Assembly (NCBI GenBank): GCA_038065735.1
Contig: JBBTQK010000001.1
Span: 25,748-89,747, forward strand
DNA: 64,000 nucleotides
From: Patescibacteria group bacterium
Lineage (GTDB): Bacteria > Patescibacteriota > Gracilibacteria > UBA1369 > LOWO2-01-FULL-3
Direction of reading: 5' to 3'
The first letter of the stretch is position 1, and each line of letters opens with the position of its first letter. Below are positions 37,784 to 49,000 of the stretch, piece after piece. Under the pieces are notes generated by a model. It ran no database searches, had not been told where the DNA came from, and saw only the letters and a program-made list of their open reading frames with translations. The translations under genes and the position numbers were made by a program.

Positions 37784-40700
37784 TTGAGAGTCAAGCCAAA
37801 AGATGATACGATTCGACAACAAAAACGTTATAATCGACGTAAGAATAAAAATCACTCATCCACTATGGTCTTTTCAAAAAAATCTATCTTTGTATCTACC
37901 GCAGGCACTTTTTTTATATTCTTCGCTTTATTTTTTGTGAATAACATCGCGCCAAGCGCGACTACAAAAACCCTAACTATTTCCGACGAAAATATAATCA
38001 CTATCGGCTCACACCAATTCGCTTCTGAACTCATGATTCAGGCTCCTTACAAGGCTATGGACGTTTTTATTTCTGAAGAATTAGAATCCGATTTCACGTT
38101 CACTTCAGTTGGTGGTTCATGGCAGGAAATAACTCCCGAAGGTACGCACTTAGAAGCTGAAATCAGAACACAAAGTGACGGCGAGTGGTCTTCATGGACA
38201 GAACTTGAAGAAGAGGAGGATGCGTTTGCTACAGCTGACGCTGGTTCGCAAGCAAAATACGCCATGGCCTCAACAAATGGTGCGCAAAAAATTCAATATA
38301 AATTTGTTTTGTATGGAGATGGTAATAGAGTCCCAGTCGTAAAAAATGTTGAGTGGACTTTTATTAATGCTGCAAAAAATCCTCGTCCAAAGGCCAGTAT
38401 TCAGCCAAAATTCGCTGCTGCAACCACTGCAACCGCCGAAGGCAATAATAATCTCCTACTAATGGCTTTAGAAACCAGTAATCTCGCTGGCGTTGTTTCC
38501 CGTAATTCATGGGGCGCAAACGAGTCACTTCGTTATATGGATGATAATACCCTAGAACCGGTTTTAGTTGACGTAACCGATTCTGAATTCTACGAAAAAT
38601 ATAAAGACGAGCTTCGATTCTCAAAAGTTGTAGAAGGCGACGAAAATGGCAATAAATATCTTTGGCCCCTTCAATATCCCGAAAAAGTTAAAAAATTTGT
38701 GATTCATCACACCGCAACAACTTCCAATTTAGATAATCCCGAACAGGCAATTCGCGATATTTACTATTATCACACTGTAAGTAGAGGTTGGGGTGATATT
38801 GGATATAACTATGTAGTAGATCAACAAGGCACGGTTTATGAGGGACGTTTTGGTGGAGAAGGTGTGATCGGCGCGCATTCTGGGCCTGGTAATAATGGGT
38901 CAATTGGTATCGCTATGCTTGGTAATTATCAGGACAATCCGATTCCTGAGGAAACCATTGTTAAACTCAGTCAGTTTATTTATAAGAAAGCCAAAATCCA
39001 TGGGATAGCCGCCGAAGGCGTCTCAACGTTTCGCGGCAAAAATATGGCTAACATTTTTGGTCATCGTGACATCATGAGCACAGCCTGTCCGGGAGAATTC
39101 TTATATCAAAAAATTCCTGTAATAAGAAGTCTGGCTTCTGAACGCTTTAATTTGAAAGATAAATTTGTTAAAGACTACGACTTCCAAGACCAGTCCGAAA
39201 TTTATTATTTAGAAATGAAACCTGAACAAACTCTCGATGTCAGTTTAAAATTGCAAAATATTGGTAAAGTCGCCTGGGATAATCAGACTTATTTAGAATT
39301 AGAAGAAATGGACGATTTTATGGGTGTGGTTAGTTTTCCAGGTAAAGCTGCGAGTAAGCTCGCAATGATCTCAGAATCCAGTGTCCAATCTGGAGACAGC
39401 GCCACTTTTAATTTTCAGATTAAATCTCACTCCAAAGCAAAAACTGTTTATTTGAATTTAAAACCTGTTATTAACGGCACAAATTCTACCTCAGACGAAT
39501 TAGTAATTCCTTTAAATATCGAGCAACCAGTCTACAAATATGAACTGGTGGAAATGCAAAAACCGGCTTCTCTAATTAAGGCTGGAACTAGTTTAAATGG
39601 TTCAATCAAGCTAAAAAATAACGGGAACGTTTCGTGGTCAAATTCTACAATCAGCCTAAAAAGTTACACTTTTGAAATAGAGGCCAAGTTACAGGAATCA
39701 GAAGTTCGCCCCGGCGAAACTGGAACATTCAGTTATTCATTCGACGCACCAGATTTTGCCGGTTACTACAAAGAAATTTTTTCTCCTCAAATGACTGGAG
39801 CAACCTGGATTTCCAAAGATGAATTAAGTTTTGATCTCACTGTTTACGAACGCGAATATCATGGCGAACTTCTCTCAAAAGATTCTTCTAAAGAATGGGA
39901 ACAGGGCAAAAATTACACACTGTCAGTCAACATCCGCAATATTGGTATAAAAAGTTGGTCTGTAAATGACCTAAAAGCATCAGTAGTTAGACAAAAAGGT
40001 CTAAGCATGAAAAATCTAAAAATGGTTCCTGCAACTGTTCAGCCTGGCGAAACATCTACCATGAGTTTTACTGTAGCAATAGCCGCTGATCAGGAATTAA
40101 GTGAGAATGTTTTATTGGTGCGCCCTTTAATTAATGGCAAGCGCGTGACCACCAAACCTCTATACTTCCAGTACAAAATTACTGAGGCTAAATTACAAAC
40201 CCAGCCTGACGAAGCACAAGATCAAATCAGAATTAAATTAGGCTTCACAGGTGAACCTGAAATCACTGCTAACGGTACTTTTGATGTTTATGCCGGTAAT
40301 AATTTGCTAACTACTTTGAGTGCTGGCGACACTGTTGCCGTGAGCCGCGATGGCGATAAATACCGCTTGCAGGCCGAAGATTCTAATTTCCTTGAGTCAG
40401 ACTTTCCACGTTTTATTCCAAAAACTAATGCCATTCTTAAAATCAAAAATTTTGAGCACCGTCCAAGTTGGAATCAAGATTTAAACGACAATGAATATCG
40501 CGGCAATTTGGAAGTTAGAACTGTCGAAGGCACGCTCATTGTAATCAATGAGCTATATCTAGAAGATTATCTAAAAGGTTTAGGCGAAGTTTCCAACAGC
40601 GAGCATACAGAAAAAATTAAAGCCATCATGGTTGCGGCTCGCAGTTATGCAGAATTCTACATTAAAATCGACGAAAAATTCCCGGGCAAACCATATAATC

Positions 40701-41074
40701 TCGATGACAATCCAGACGTTAGTCAAAAATATCTAGGTTACGGTTTAGAAAAACGCGCTCCAAACATCGCCGAAGCCATCGACGAAACCAAAGGTGAAGT
40801 TATCTACTATGAAGGAAAATTAGTGAAAACTCCTTACTTTAATTTGAGTGATGGAATGCGCACAAAGAGCGCAAAAGAAGTTTGGGGCTGGACCACCACG
40901 CCTTACTTAGTCAGCGTAGATGATTCAAGCTGTACCACAAGTAGTGGAACCTTTTCCGGTCACGGTGTAGGCTTAAGCGGTTGTGGCGCCAAAGGCATGG
41001 CCGAATCCGGCAAAACCTACCAGGAAATCTTAAAACACTATTACACCGGCATTACGATTGAGGATTTATATTAA
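37784..41074 (+). CDS. Multidomain peptidoglycan hydrolase: Amidase_2, Ig-like repeats and SpoIID/LytB
   Basis: VIHHTA…WGDIGYN…GAH…GHRD..STACPG; three N.G...W Ig-like repeats; LEDYLKG..E…AARSYA…GHGVGLS..GA…IL.HYY; start uncertain. Confidence 0.9.
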   Translation: MRVKPKDDTIRQQKRYNRRKNKNHSSTMVFSKKSIFVSTAGTFFIFFALFFVNNIAPSATTKTLTISDENIITIGSHQFASELMIQAPYKAMDVFISEELESDFTFTSVGGSWQEITPEGTHLEAEIRTQSDGEWSSWTELEEEEDAFATADAGSQAKYAMASTNGAQKIQYKFVLYGDGNRVPVVKNVEWTFINAAKNPRPKASIQPKFAAATTATAEGNNNLLLMALETSNLAGVVSRNSWGANESLRYMDDNTLEPVLVDVTDSEFYEKYKDELRFSKVVEGDENGNKYLWPLQYPEKVKKFVIHHTATTSNLDNPEQAIRDIYYYHTVSRGWGDIGYNYVVDQQGTVYEGRFGGEGVIGAHSGPGNNGSIGIAMLGNYQDNPIPEETIVKLSQFIYKKAKIHGIAAEGVSTFRGKNMANIFGHRDIMSTACPGEFLYQKIPVIRSLASERFNLKDKFVKDYDFQDQSEIYYLEMKPEQTLDVSLKLQNIGKVAWDNQTYLELEEMDDFMGVVSFPGKAASKLAMISESSVQSGDSATFNFQIKSHSKAKTVYLNLKPVINGTNSTSDELVIPLNIEQPVYKYELVEMQKPASLIKAGTSLNGSIKLKNNGNVSWSNSTISLKSYTFEIEAKLQESEVRPGETGTFSYSFDAPDFAGYYKEIFSPQMTGATWISKDELSFDLTVYEREYHGELLSKDSSKEWEQGKNYTLSVNIRNIGIKSWSVNDLKASVVRQKGLSMKNLKMVPATVQPGETSTMSFTVAIAADQELSENVLLVRPLINGKRVTTKPLYFQYKITEAKLQTQPDEAQDQIRIKLGFTGEPEITANGTFDVYAGNNLLTTLSAGDTVAVSRDGDKYRLQAEDSNFLESDFPRFIPKTNAILKIKNFEHRPSWNQDLNDNEYRGNLEVRTVEGTLIVINELYLEDYLKGLGEVSNSEHTEKIKAIMVAARSYAEFYIKIDEKFPGKPYNLDDNPDVSQKYLGYGLEKRAPNIAEAIDETKGEVIYYEGKLVKTPYFNLSDGMRTKSAKEVWGWTTTPYLVSVDDSSCTTSSGTFSGHGVGLSGCGAKGMAESGKTYQEILKHYYTGITIEDLY

Positions 41075-41077
41075 AAT

Positions 41078-41704
41078 ATGATTTTAGCTATCAATACAGC
41101 TTCGTCTCAGACTGCAATTGCTTTGTTGGATTCTGTTCCAGGGAATGTAAATCTTATCGCTGAGCAAACTTGGCCATCTCAAAATCGTGAAGCCGAGACT
41201 TTGATGCCAAATATTAACGAATTATTGCAGAAAAATAATAAAACTTTTGCTGATATCAAAGAAGTTTACGTGGTCAAAGGCCCCGGCTCTTTTACGGGTC
41301 TACGTGTTGGAATCACCGTTGCAAATACCATCGCTTTCCTAAATAAATGCGATCTTTTTGGTATTAGTACTTTTGAATATTGGCATGTCAGTAACGGTTT
41401 ACCGTTACTTGTGTTCGCCGGTTCCGGAGCGGTTTATTTGAATTTGGATTCTGGCGCTGAACCTAAAATCATCAATTGCTCAGACCTTTATGAAGAATTA
41501 AAAAAACTAAATATTAAAGAAGTTTTCGGCGATATTACTTCTGCCCAAAAAGAATTCTTAAAAGACATAAGATTTATAGAAACTAAAGAATCTTTCGGCG
41601 AAATAATGGCTAAAGCTATCTCAAAAAACTCTGCTAAATCAGTCAAAATCATCGAACCGGTTTACATCAAAGAACCCAGCATCACTCAAATTAAGAAGCC
41701 TTAA
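41078..41704 (+). CDS. tsaB: t6A biosynthesis protein TsaB
   Basis: ILAINTA and GPGSFTGLRVG motifs. Confidence 0.93.
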   Translation: MILAINTASSQTAIALLDSVPGNVNLIAEQTWPSQNREAETLMPNINELLQKNNKTFADIKEVYVVKGPGSFTGLRVGITVANTIAFLNKCDLFGISTFEYWHVSNGLPLLVFAGSGAVYLNLDSGAEPKIINCSDLYEELKKLNIKEVFGDITSAQKEFLKDIRFIETKESFGEIMAKAISKNSAKSVKIIEPVYIKEPSITQIKKP

Positions 41705-41715
41705 CAAATCATCCC

Positions 41716-42366
41716 ATGCTCTACATCGTTTCAACCCCAATCGGTAATCTGGAAGACATCACTCTCCGCGCCATCCGCACACTCAAGGAAGTCGATTATA
41801 TAGCGGCTGAAGACACGCGCCACGCCCAGATTCTGCTTAAAAAATATGAAATAAATACGCCAGTTACCAGCTATCATTCTTACACCAATAACTCCAAACT
41901 TGAGCATATCGTTCAGCTCCTCAAAGACGGCAAAAATATCGCTCTCATCTCTGATGCTGGCACGCCTGGTATTTCTGATCCAGCCTACAGTCTGATTACC
42001 AGAGCTATCGCAGAAGACATCAAAATTTGTCCAATTCCAGGGCCATCTGCAGTTTTGTCTGCGCTTGTAATGTCGGGTAAGGCCATGCACCATTTCTTGT
42101 ATCTTGGCTTCCTTCCATTAAAAAAAGGTCGTCAAACTTTGCTCAAAAAACTTGCCGACGAGGAGGAAACAATTGTAATTTACGAATCTCCGCATCGCAT
42201 TCTAAGAACTCTAAATGATCTCCTAACTTATCTCGGTGATCGCGATATCGCCATTTGCCGTGAGATCACTAAAATTTATGAAGAAGCCTTACGCTGTAAA
42301 ATCTCCGACGCCATTGCCCACTTTACAAAAACCAAACCAAGAGGGGAGTTTGTGCTGGTGATTTAA
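41716..42366 (+). CDS. rsmI: 16S rRNA C1402 2'-O-methyltransferase RsmI
   Basis: TPIGNLEDIT.RA, AEDTR, SDAGTPGISDP, YESPHR and REITK motifs. Confidence 0.97.
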   Translation: MLYIVSTPIGNLEDITLRAIRTLKEVDYIAAEDTRHAQILLKKYEINTPVTSYHSYTNNSKLEHIVQLLKDGKNIALISDAGTPGISDPAYSLITRAIAEDIKICPIPGPSAVLSALVMSGKAMHHFLYLGFLPLKKGRQTLLKKLADEEETIVIYESPHRILRTLNDLLTYLGDRDIAICREITKIYEEALRCKISDAIAHFTKTKPRGEFVLVI

Positions 42367-42383
42367 GTCAAACCGCCGAAAAT

Positions 42384-43526
42384 CTAAGGCAAAACATCAT
42401 CAACCCAGCTCGCGTCTCCAGCACTTCTCAAAACATCATCCACCGGTGGGTAGGAATCAATTCTACCAATCACACCCGCCGTCACCGTAGTTTGCAAAGT
42501 TAACTCCTTAAATTCACCAGGAAATTCTTCTGCTGCCGCCTCAGACAAACCAACAGTCAACAAAATAGTCACCGTCGGATGCGTCTGAAATTCATGTTCA
42601 GCATAAGCCTTATAAGGATCCTCCAAAGGGTTAATAATAAACTTCAAATTTTTGATAGTACTTTTAATCGGCGAAGTTGGAATAAACTGGCTTTGATTAA
42701 CTTTAAAATCATCTTCTAAATCTGTGTTTTGTGGCAGACTGATGCCGTTTAACTCAAGGTAATCCTGCGCATCGCTACCCATATCCGTAATAAATTTATA
42801 TTTAATAAACTCTGCAATTACCGCGGCATCATCCTCGCAGCTATAATCCTCAGTGCATTTAAAAACATCAACTATTCCATTCTGATCCAAGTCCTCGCCT
42901 TTCATTCTCACCATTGCCAAAGCATAGTCATCGCCAGACATTAATCGCCTGCCAATAATAGTTTTTTGCGTCCCTGCACTATCTATCAAATATAATTCAC
43001 TCACAATATTTTTATTTAGTGGATCACATTTTCCAACTTCATTTCCAATCACGTCATCACAAAAAGCATCCGCATCATCAACATCGCCACTATATGGATT
43101 TTGACCAGTATTTAGATCACTTGAATGGCTGTAATATATCTCACAATCCAGACTCACATCTGCCGGATATGAACATTCTATACCCAAATCTTCGGGATTA
43201 GTTGCCGCACCATATTGGCTCTTGCCCGGGTCAAAAAACCTGCTCGCATAAACACCATAATTGATTCCATAATACTTAGGCTCATCGCCGTCCTGCACTA
43301 CATTTATACTGTAATATTCTTCATAATCAACTGTGCCTGCCTGAATTTCATTTGTTAATTGTTGCAGAATTGTGCGCGCATCAGCGTATAAACTATTTGT
43401 AACCGAAGAAGTTTTTTCCAAGCGTACGATGTCCACCAAAACTCTACTAGACAACATAATCGCCAGCGTAAAAATACTGACTGCAATTAGAATCTCCACT
43501 AATGTAAAACCTTTTCTTATTTTCAT
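42384..43526 (-). CDS. Type IV minor pilin / pseudopilin (PilW/PulJ-like)
   Basis: Class III signal KG-FTLVEIL. Confidence 0.88.
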   Translation of the reverse strand: MKIRKGFTLVEILIAVSIFTLAIMLSSRVLVDIVRLEKTSSVTNSLYADARTILQQLTNEIQAGTVDYEEYYSINVVQDGDEPKYYGINYGVYASRFFDPGKSQYGAATNPEDLGIECSYPADVSLDCEIYYSHSSDLNTGQNPYSGDVDDADAFCDDVIGNEVGKCDPLNKNIVSELYLIDSAGTQKTIIGRRLMSGDDYALAMVRMKGEDLDQNGIVDVFKCTEDYSCEDDAAVIAEFIKYKFITDMGSDAQDYLELNGISLPQNTDLEDDFKVNQSQFIPTSPIKSTIKNLKFIINPLEDPYKAYAEHEFQTHPTVTILLTVGLSEAAAEEFPGEFKELTLQTTVTAGVIGRIDSYPPVDDVLRSAGDASWVDDVLP

Positions 43527-44161
43527 TCTCTATAATTATAAATAACTGCTTCACGGCTTAATGTACGGGTTTTTGACCCATCCTCCCATTGAATATTTAC
43601 CCTATAACTCGCTAGGTCATCAGTAACTTCTACAAAATAAATTTCTCTAAAATAACCAGACGCTTTAGCTCCGGAAATCGCTGTCGCGGACGCCGCCAAA
43701 TATTTAATTTTTTCTACCTCGGCTGTATCAGGATCATCAACATTTGTTTCTTTTAAATACAGAGTATACGGCAGAATATTGTCCGACTCAGAAGTACTAT
43801 CCAAATTTAGCCCACTGCCACCAACGGATTCTAACTTCCACCCTTCTACAGTTTGCACAATAAATCTTTCCTCACTAGCTACTTTAACAGAGCAAACATC
43901 ATCACTATCATCATCCAATGACAGCCAGCAATTTTTATCCTTCGGGAATTTTAACCAGTTTGTATCGCGAATCATTTTTACACCTTCCAGGCCTTCTGTA
44001 GCCAAATTTTCGGCCACCAAATAATCACGCGAAACCAGAGTAGAAGAAACCGCATTTTGAATAATACTACCCAAAACCAAAACACCAGTTGTTAAAACTG
44101 AAATCGCAAGTAGGGCTTCAGTTAGGGCTAAACCGGCTGTGTTTTTAATTCTCGCAATCAT
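43523..44161 (-). CDS. Type IV minor pilin (PilV-like)
   Basis: AG-LALTEAL prepilin-like signal; A..LA.EGLE.V..IRDTNW motif. Confidence 0.8.
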   Translation of the reverse strand: MIARIKNTAGLALTEALLAISVLTTGVLVLGSIIQNAVSSTLVSRDYLVAENLATEGLEGVKMIRDTNWLKFPKDKNCWLSLDDDSDDVCSVKVASEERFIVQTVEGWKLESVGGSGLNLDSTSESDNILPYTLYLKETNVDDPDTAEVEKIKYLAASATAISGAKASGYFREIYFVEVTDDLASYRVNIQWEDGSKTRTLSREAVIYNYRE

Positions 44162-44170
44162 TAGAACTTA

Positions 44171-44812
44171 TTAAGCATTTGTATCGCAAACAGTTAAGTC
44201 ATCATATTCTTCCGCCAGTCCAGAAATCTGAAAAATCACTATATATTTTTTGATTTTATTTTCGTTGCCAGTGACTTCCAGGCTGATGCATTTATCTTCT
44301 TTTAAGATCTCGTCATTGCTAACTAAGACATCTTTACGCATCGTCAAATTGCCGCTACCAGACTCATAAAAAAGTGCTATTGGCATCCCGATTGCGTCAG
44401 CCTTCATATCCAAAACTCTGAGATTAAAATCCTGGTCCGCACAATTGAAATTCTGATCAGTGTCACTACAATCAAATTCCTTTTCCCAAAGTGCCACGTC
44501 AAATTTAGTATCGCCTTCGGCGGTTTTAGCATCATATTCTAGAATTTTATCGCCGATATCCGCAAAGGCCACAACTTTTTTTGCGTCTATATATACACCG
44601 TAATATTTTGGCACTTCATCATTTGTCGATTTATTGGTAATTGCAAAAGAACGTGCAGTGCGAATTGCCGAAATAGTTTTTTTGTACTGACTCAAATAGT
44701 TAAAAGTGCTGGTAGAATTTAAATAGCTTGAGGCTGCAATAGTTCCCAAGATTGCGAGTAAGAAAACAACTAAAAGAATTTCAGGAAGTGTGAAGCCTTT
44801 AACATTTTTCAT
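44171..44812 (-). CDS. Type IV minor pilin (FimT/GspH-like)
   Basis: Class III signal KG-FTLPEIL. Confidence 0.88.
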   Translation of the reverse strand: MKNVKGFTLPEILLVVFLLAILGTIAASSYLNSTSTFNYLSQYKKTISAIRTARSFAITNKSTNDEVPKYYGVYIDAKKVVAFADIGDKILEYDAKTAEGDTKFDVALWEKEFDCSDTDQNFNCADQDFNLRVLDMKADAIGMPIALFYESGSGNLTMRKDVLVSNDEILKEDKCISLEVTGNENKIKKYIVIFQISGLAEEYDDLTVCDTNA

Positions 44813-44856
44813 AATCTGATTATAATGTGCCTATAAAAAATTGCTAACAAAAATCT

Positions 44857-45063
44857 TTAGGACTCTTTTTGAGCATCTTTAATATGATTCATATCGAGTA
44901 AGTCTAAATCCAGGATTTCAATTCCGAATAATTGATTATCCTTTGTATAATCTATATTCACATTTTCATCTGCAGTTATTGTCGTTAAAGGATAATATTT
45001 TCCGTTTTTTGGCAGAAGGTATATGTATGCTGCGTTAGCTTCTTTATCAATTGTGATTTTCAT
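44857..45063 (-). CDS. DUF2283 family protein
   Basis: MKITIDKEANAAYIYL…NIDY…GIEILD; start at ATG 45063. Confidence 0.8.
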   Translation of the reverse strand: MKITIDKEANAAYIYLLPKNGKYYPLTTITADENVNIDYTKDNQLFGIEILDLDLLDMNHIKDAQKES

Positions 45064-45067
45064 AAAT

Positions 45068-45481
45068 TTAGTCAATATTTTTAATGATTTTTTCAATTTC
45101 TTGTTTTAAATTTAGTGGAAAGAATATAGTTAATTTATGTTCTTCTCTTTCTTCCCAATTTTTACTAGCTTCTATCAAAATCTCTAAGTAAATTTCAAGA
45201 TTCTTCACATCATCTTTCAAGGGTAGATCCGAATGTACAAGTACAATATCTTTATTATCGATCCAATTTAAATCATTAAAGAGATCCCAAAGTGCATCCC
45301 AGTTATGTCCGAAATAGTCAGGAAATTTCAAAGATTTCTCTAATATATCGAATAATTTTTCTTTATTCCCTATGTCTTTTGGAACGATTCCTATAACTGA
45401 ATTTTTAATTTGATAATCATGAATATTTTCTACAAATTTTAGGAATGTGATATCTAATTTCTTATTATTCATTTTTAACAT
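45068..45481 (-). CDS. Barstar-family (RNase inhibitor) immunity protein
   Basis: LKFPDYFGHNWDALWDLFND motif; start uncertain. Confidence 0.88.
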   Translation of the reverse strand: MLKMNNKKLDITFLKFVENIHDYQIKNSVIGIVPKDIGNKEKLFDILEKSLKFPDYFGHNWDALWDLFNDLNWIDNKDIVLVHSDLPLKDDVKNLEIYLEILIEASKNWEEREEHKLTIFFPLNLKQEIEKIIKNID

Positions 45482-45483
45482 AT

Positions 45484-46032
45484 TTAGCTTCTTGGCCAAG
45501 GCTTTTTAATATAATTCTCTATTTCCGTTTGAGTTTCAAATTTAATTACCGATTTCTCTTTTAGAAAAGGATCTTGCTCATCGAATAGAATAAGTTCATG
45601 GTTTTTACAAAAATTAAAAAGATTTTTTGATAATTTTTCAAGATTTACAAGTTTGCTGTCAATTTTTTTATAGCCTTTATAAAAGTTCAATGCATCAAGA
45701 ACTTTTTCTCCTTTTTCAACGACAAAACTGCCCAAAATAAAAAAATCATTGTATCCATAAGCAAAATCATTTTTCTCTACTTCATCTGGGGTAATTTCAA
45801 ATCTCACTTCATCATATGGCAAAAGTATTTTATTGAATACTGATTCAGCTTCATTAAAGTTAATTTTTTTGTCTATTAGCTCGAATTTAAAAACAGGAGA
45901 TTTAATATGTCCTTTTTTAGCTTTTTGATCAAAAGAATTAATATATTTATATATCGATCTCAAATTCTCAATTGGTAAGAAGGATGGTATATTGAGCATT
46001 TCTTCAGTAAAATAAAAAATTCTTTTAATCAT
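45484..46032 (-). CDS. Putative cognate immunity protein of the Rhs toxin
   Basis: Very AT-rich ORF starting 5 nt after the Rhs stop. Confidence 0.7.
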   Translation of the reverse strand: MIKRIFYFTEEMLNIPSFLPIENLRSIYKYINSFDQKAKKGHIKSPVFKFELIDKKINFNEAESVFNKILLPYDEVRFEITPDEVEKNDFAYGYNDFFILGSFVVEKGEKVLDALNFYKGYKKIDSKLVNLEKLSKNLFNFCKNHELILFDEQDPFLKEKSVIKFETQTEIENYIKKPWPRS

Positions 46033-46037
46033 AATAT

Positions 46038-49000
46038 TTATTTAATTTTAACTTTTAATTTAGAAAAAACTTTACCTTTACTTTGTTTTACTAATTTTTT
46101 AGCCATTTTATCTGCCCATTTGGTTCCTGTACGTTCTATAATGACCGGTTTGACCTTAGAGTTTTTAACAGCGCTAAACGATCTATTATTTACTACTACA
46201 TTTCTATTCCCAACACGAGAATAATTTATTGGTACCTCTTTAGGAGACATTTTTCCACTTTTGAGATTTCCAATAACCTCTTTTACACTTTTACCAGCTA
46301 AAGTTCCATCTTTTGAGAACTTTAGACTGACACTGGGTTGCATCATATGTAACTCTTTTATTTCTCCGGCTTTTGCTGTATTGGTTGTTCTGCTAAGCCC
46401 CGCCCTCCCCTTTAATAGTGAGGCTACGATAGCCCAATTAACACTTGTCTCTATCATGGACTTAACGTCTATTCCATAATCACCTAAATCCAGTTGTATG
46501 GAATTTCCAGATTCATCTATAGGCCCAGAAGATGAATTCGCAGAGGGAGTATAATTCGATCCTAAAACACAATCCCCACTACAACCGTTATCAAAACTAT
46601 AGTCCGTTGGGTTAAATAGAGAAAATGTCTCCCCAGTTGGATCAATATACTTCAGCGGATTATTCCTTACATAACTGTACTTATTCAAGCTCTGTGGGTC
46701 GTTTAGATCGCCTTCCCAAGGGTCCTGGCTGATAAAACGACCAAGCTGAGGGTTGTAGTAGCGGGCGCTGTAATAATATAAGCCAGTATCGGCATCTAAT
46801 TCTTTACCAGTAAATTTATAATTATTCTTATAGCTGGTAGTTGTATTATCAACACGGATCTCGCCAAAAGGATAATAATCAACAGCTTCGATTACTGTGC
46901 CGTTTTCGTCAGTTTCTAGGTTGGCTCCACCAAGATGGTCGCCGTGGTGGTAAATGGTTTTTGTAACAAGAGTGCCGGGTGTTGGCTGAGGGGTGGTTGG
47001 TAGTGGTGTTGGAATTGGTGCGGGTACAGTGGCAGGACTAATGGATTTTATATTATCAAGCTTACCCATGCCCCAGAACTCGACTAAGGTAATTTTATTA
47101 ATCGTAGTTCCTGATACAACTTTTGAGAAATCTGCCTGTAGATCACGTGTAACTTTTTGCCATGTACCATTCTTTAAATTTTTATCTAAAAGAACATACA
47201 CTTTAGGGCTTGTTGGACTATTGAAATTGGTATTATCTAATGTGCTGTATACTAAATATCTTTCCCCCTGATTAGTATCAAAAGTTAATCTTATAGTCAT
47301 ATTACCTGTAAAATTCATTTCCCAGCTAAAGATTTTCCCAATAACATCATCCCAGTTTTTACCATCTTCTTTTGTAAATTTAAAATTTGGATTGGAGGTA
47401 GAATAAGTTCCGCCTAAGTTAATTACTTTACTTTGTTTCGTTTGATCATAAATATTTGTAACTTTCCCAATAGTACTACTCGGCTTCCATCCTAAGACAT
47501 CTCCATCCTCGGCATCTTCATACACCGTTTCAACTTGTGTAGGAGCAGGAGTAGGTGTTGGAGCAGGAGCTGGAGCTGCCACTGCTGGACCAGTTTCAAT
47601 ACTGGCTATTTGAAGATCGCCTGCATAAATATGCCTACTAACTTTGTCATTTCTTAATTCATAAAATTTATTTACGTAAATAGCCCAGTATGTGTTATCA
47701 GCCTTTTTAACTCTTTCATCAGTATGGTCATATGTATATTTAATTGTTTTACCTCCACCTGCAGATTCAATTAGGCGGTCTTTGTAATCCCATTTTAAAG
47801 TTTGTTTACCATCACTTGTTAAATTACCATTTTTATCATATACAAAGTTTGTTGTACCAATTGTTGTGACTGCATGAGGAGTAGCATAAGAAGTCCCACC
47901 GTTCCCGGCGTAGCTATAAGCGCCTTGGCCGGTTTTAGAGGTAATATTACCAAGCGAATTATATTGAAAATTCTGAGTGAATTTTTGATTATTACTCGTT
48001 GCAGTGATAATGGCAGATTTGAGTCGATAAAGATTATCGTAGCCAAATTCAGCTAATTTTGCAGTTTGGCCTGGAGAAACATCTATTAATTTTGTGATAT
48101 CTCCAACTTTGTCATAGGTATAAGTTAAAGACTGAAGTTGCACTGGCGTTGTGCCTGTTTTATTAAGAGTCGTGATTTTATCTGTTAACCTATAAAACTT
48201 ACTCGCATCAAATTTATTTGTCGTGACTGTGTTATTTGCTAACTCAATTTTTTCTATTTCTTGAGTCGGAGAATAGATAATATTTTTTACAATATCTTTG
48301 TTAGCGTGTTTAACTGATTTTAGTTTTGCAGCAGTGTTGTAAGTGTAATTAGTTGTATTATTATCAGGATAGAATATGCTCAGTGGATTACTTAAAAAAT
48401 CATAGGTAAATTGTGTTTTATATTCTTTACCATCGATTTGTCGGCTTTCAATGGCTATATCACCAAGTGGATTATAAATATATTTTGTCGTAGTATTTCC
48501 ATGAACAGCGGAGCATAAAAGCCCTAAACCCCATGCACAGTTGTCATAGGTATAAAGAGTTTCGACACCAGCCTGTCCGGTAAAATCTTCTGTAATTACT
48601 CTATTTAATTTATCGTAACTATAATTTGTTGTTTGACCGTTTGCATCAACTTCAGATTTTAAATTGTTAGCATCATCGTATGAAAATGAATATTTGCCAT
48701 AGGTTGTATCACTGGTAGCATGTAAGTCTTGAGCACTAAGTTTTCTACCTAAACCATCATATGAAAAATATTGGATGTTACTTAAAGAATCAGTAAGCTT
48801 AGTGATATTACCTAAACCATTATATTGATATTCAGTTTTGTAACTATTTCCTTCGTTATATTCTAAAACTTTAACTAAATTACCGTAAGCATCAGCAAAG
48901 AAATCTTTAGTATTATTTTCAGCATCTTTGATTGTTGTTTTCCAGTCATCATAAGTGTAAGAAGTAGATCCAAGAATATTCTGTATTAAAGTTGCCCTAC

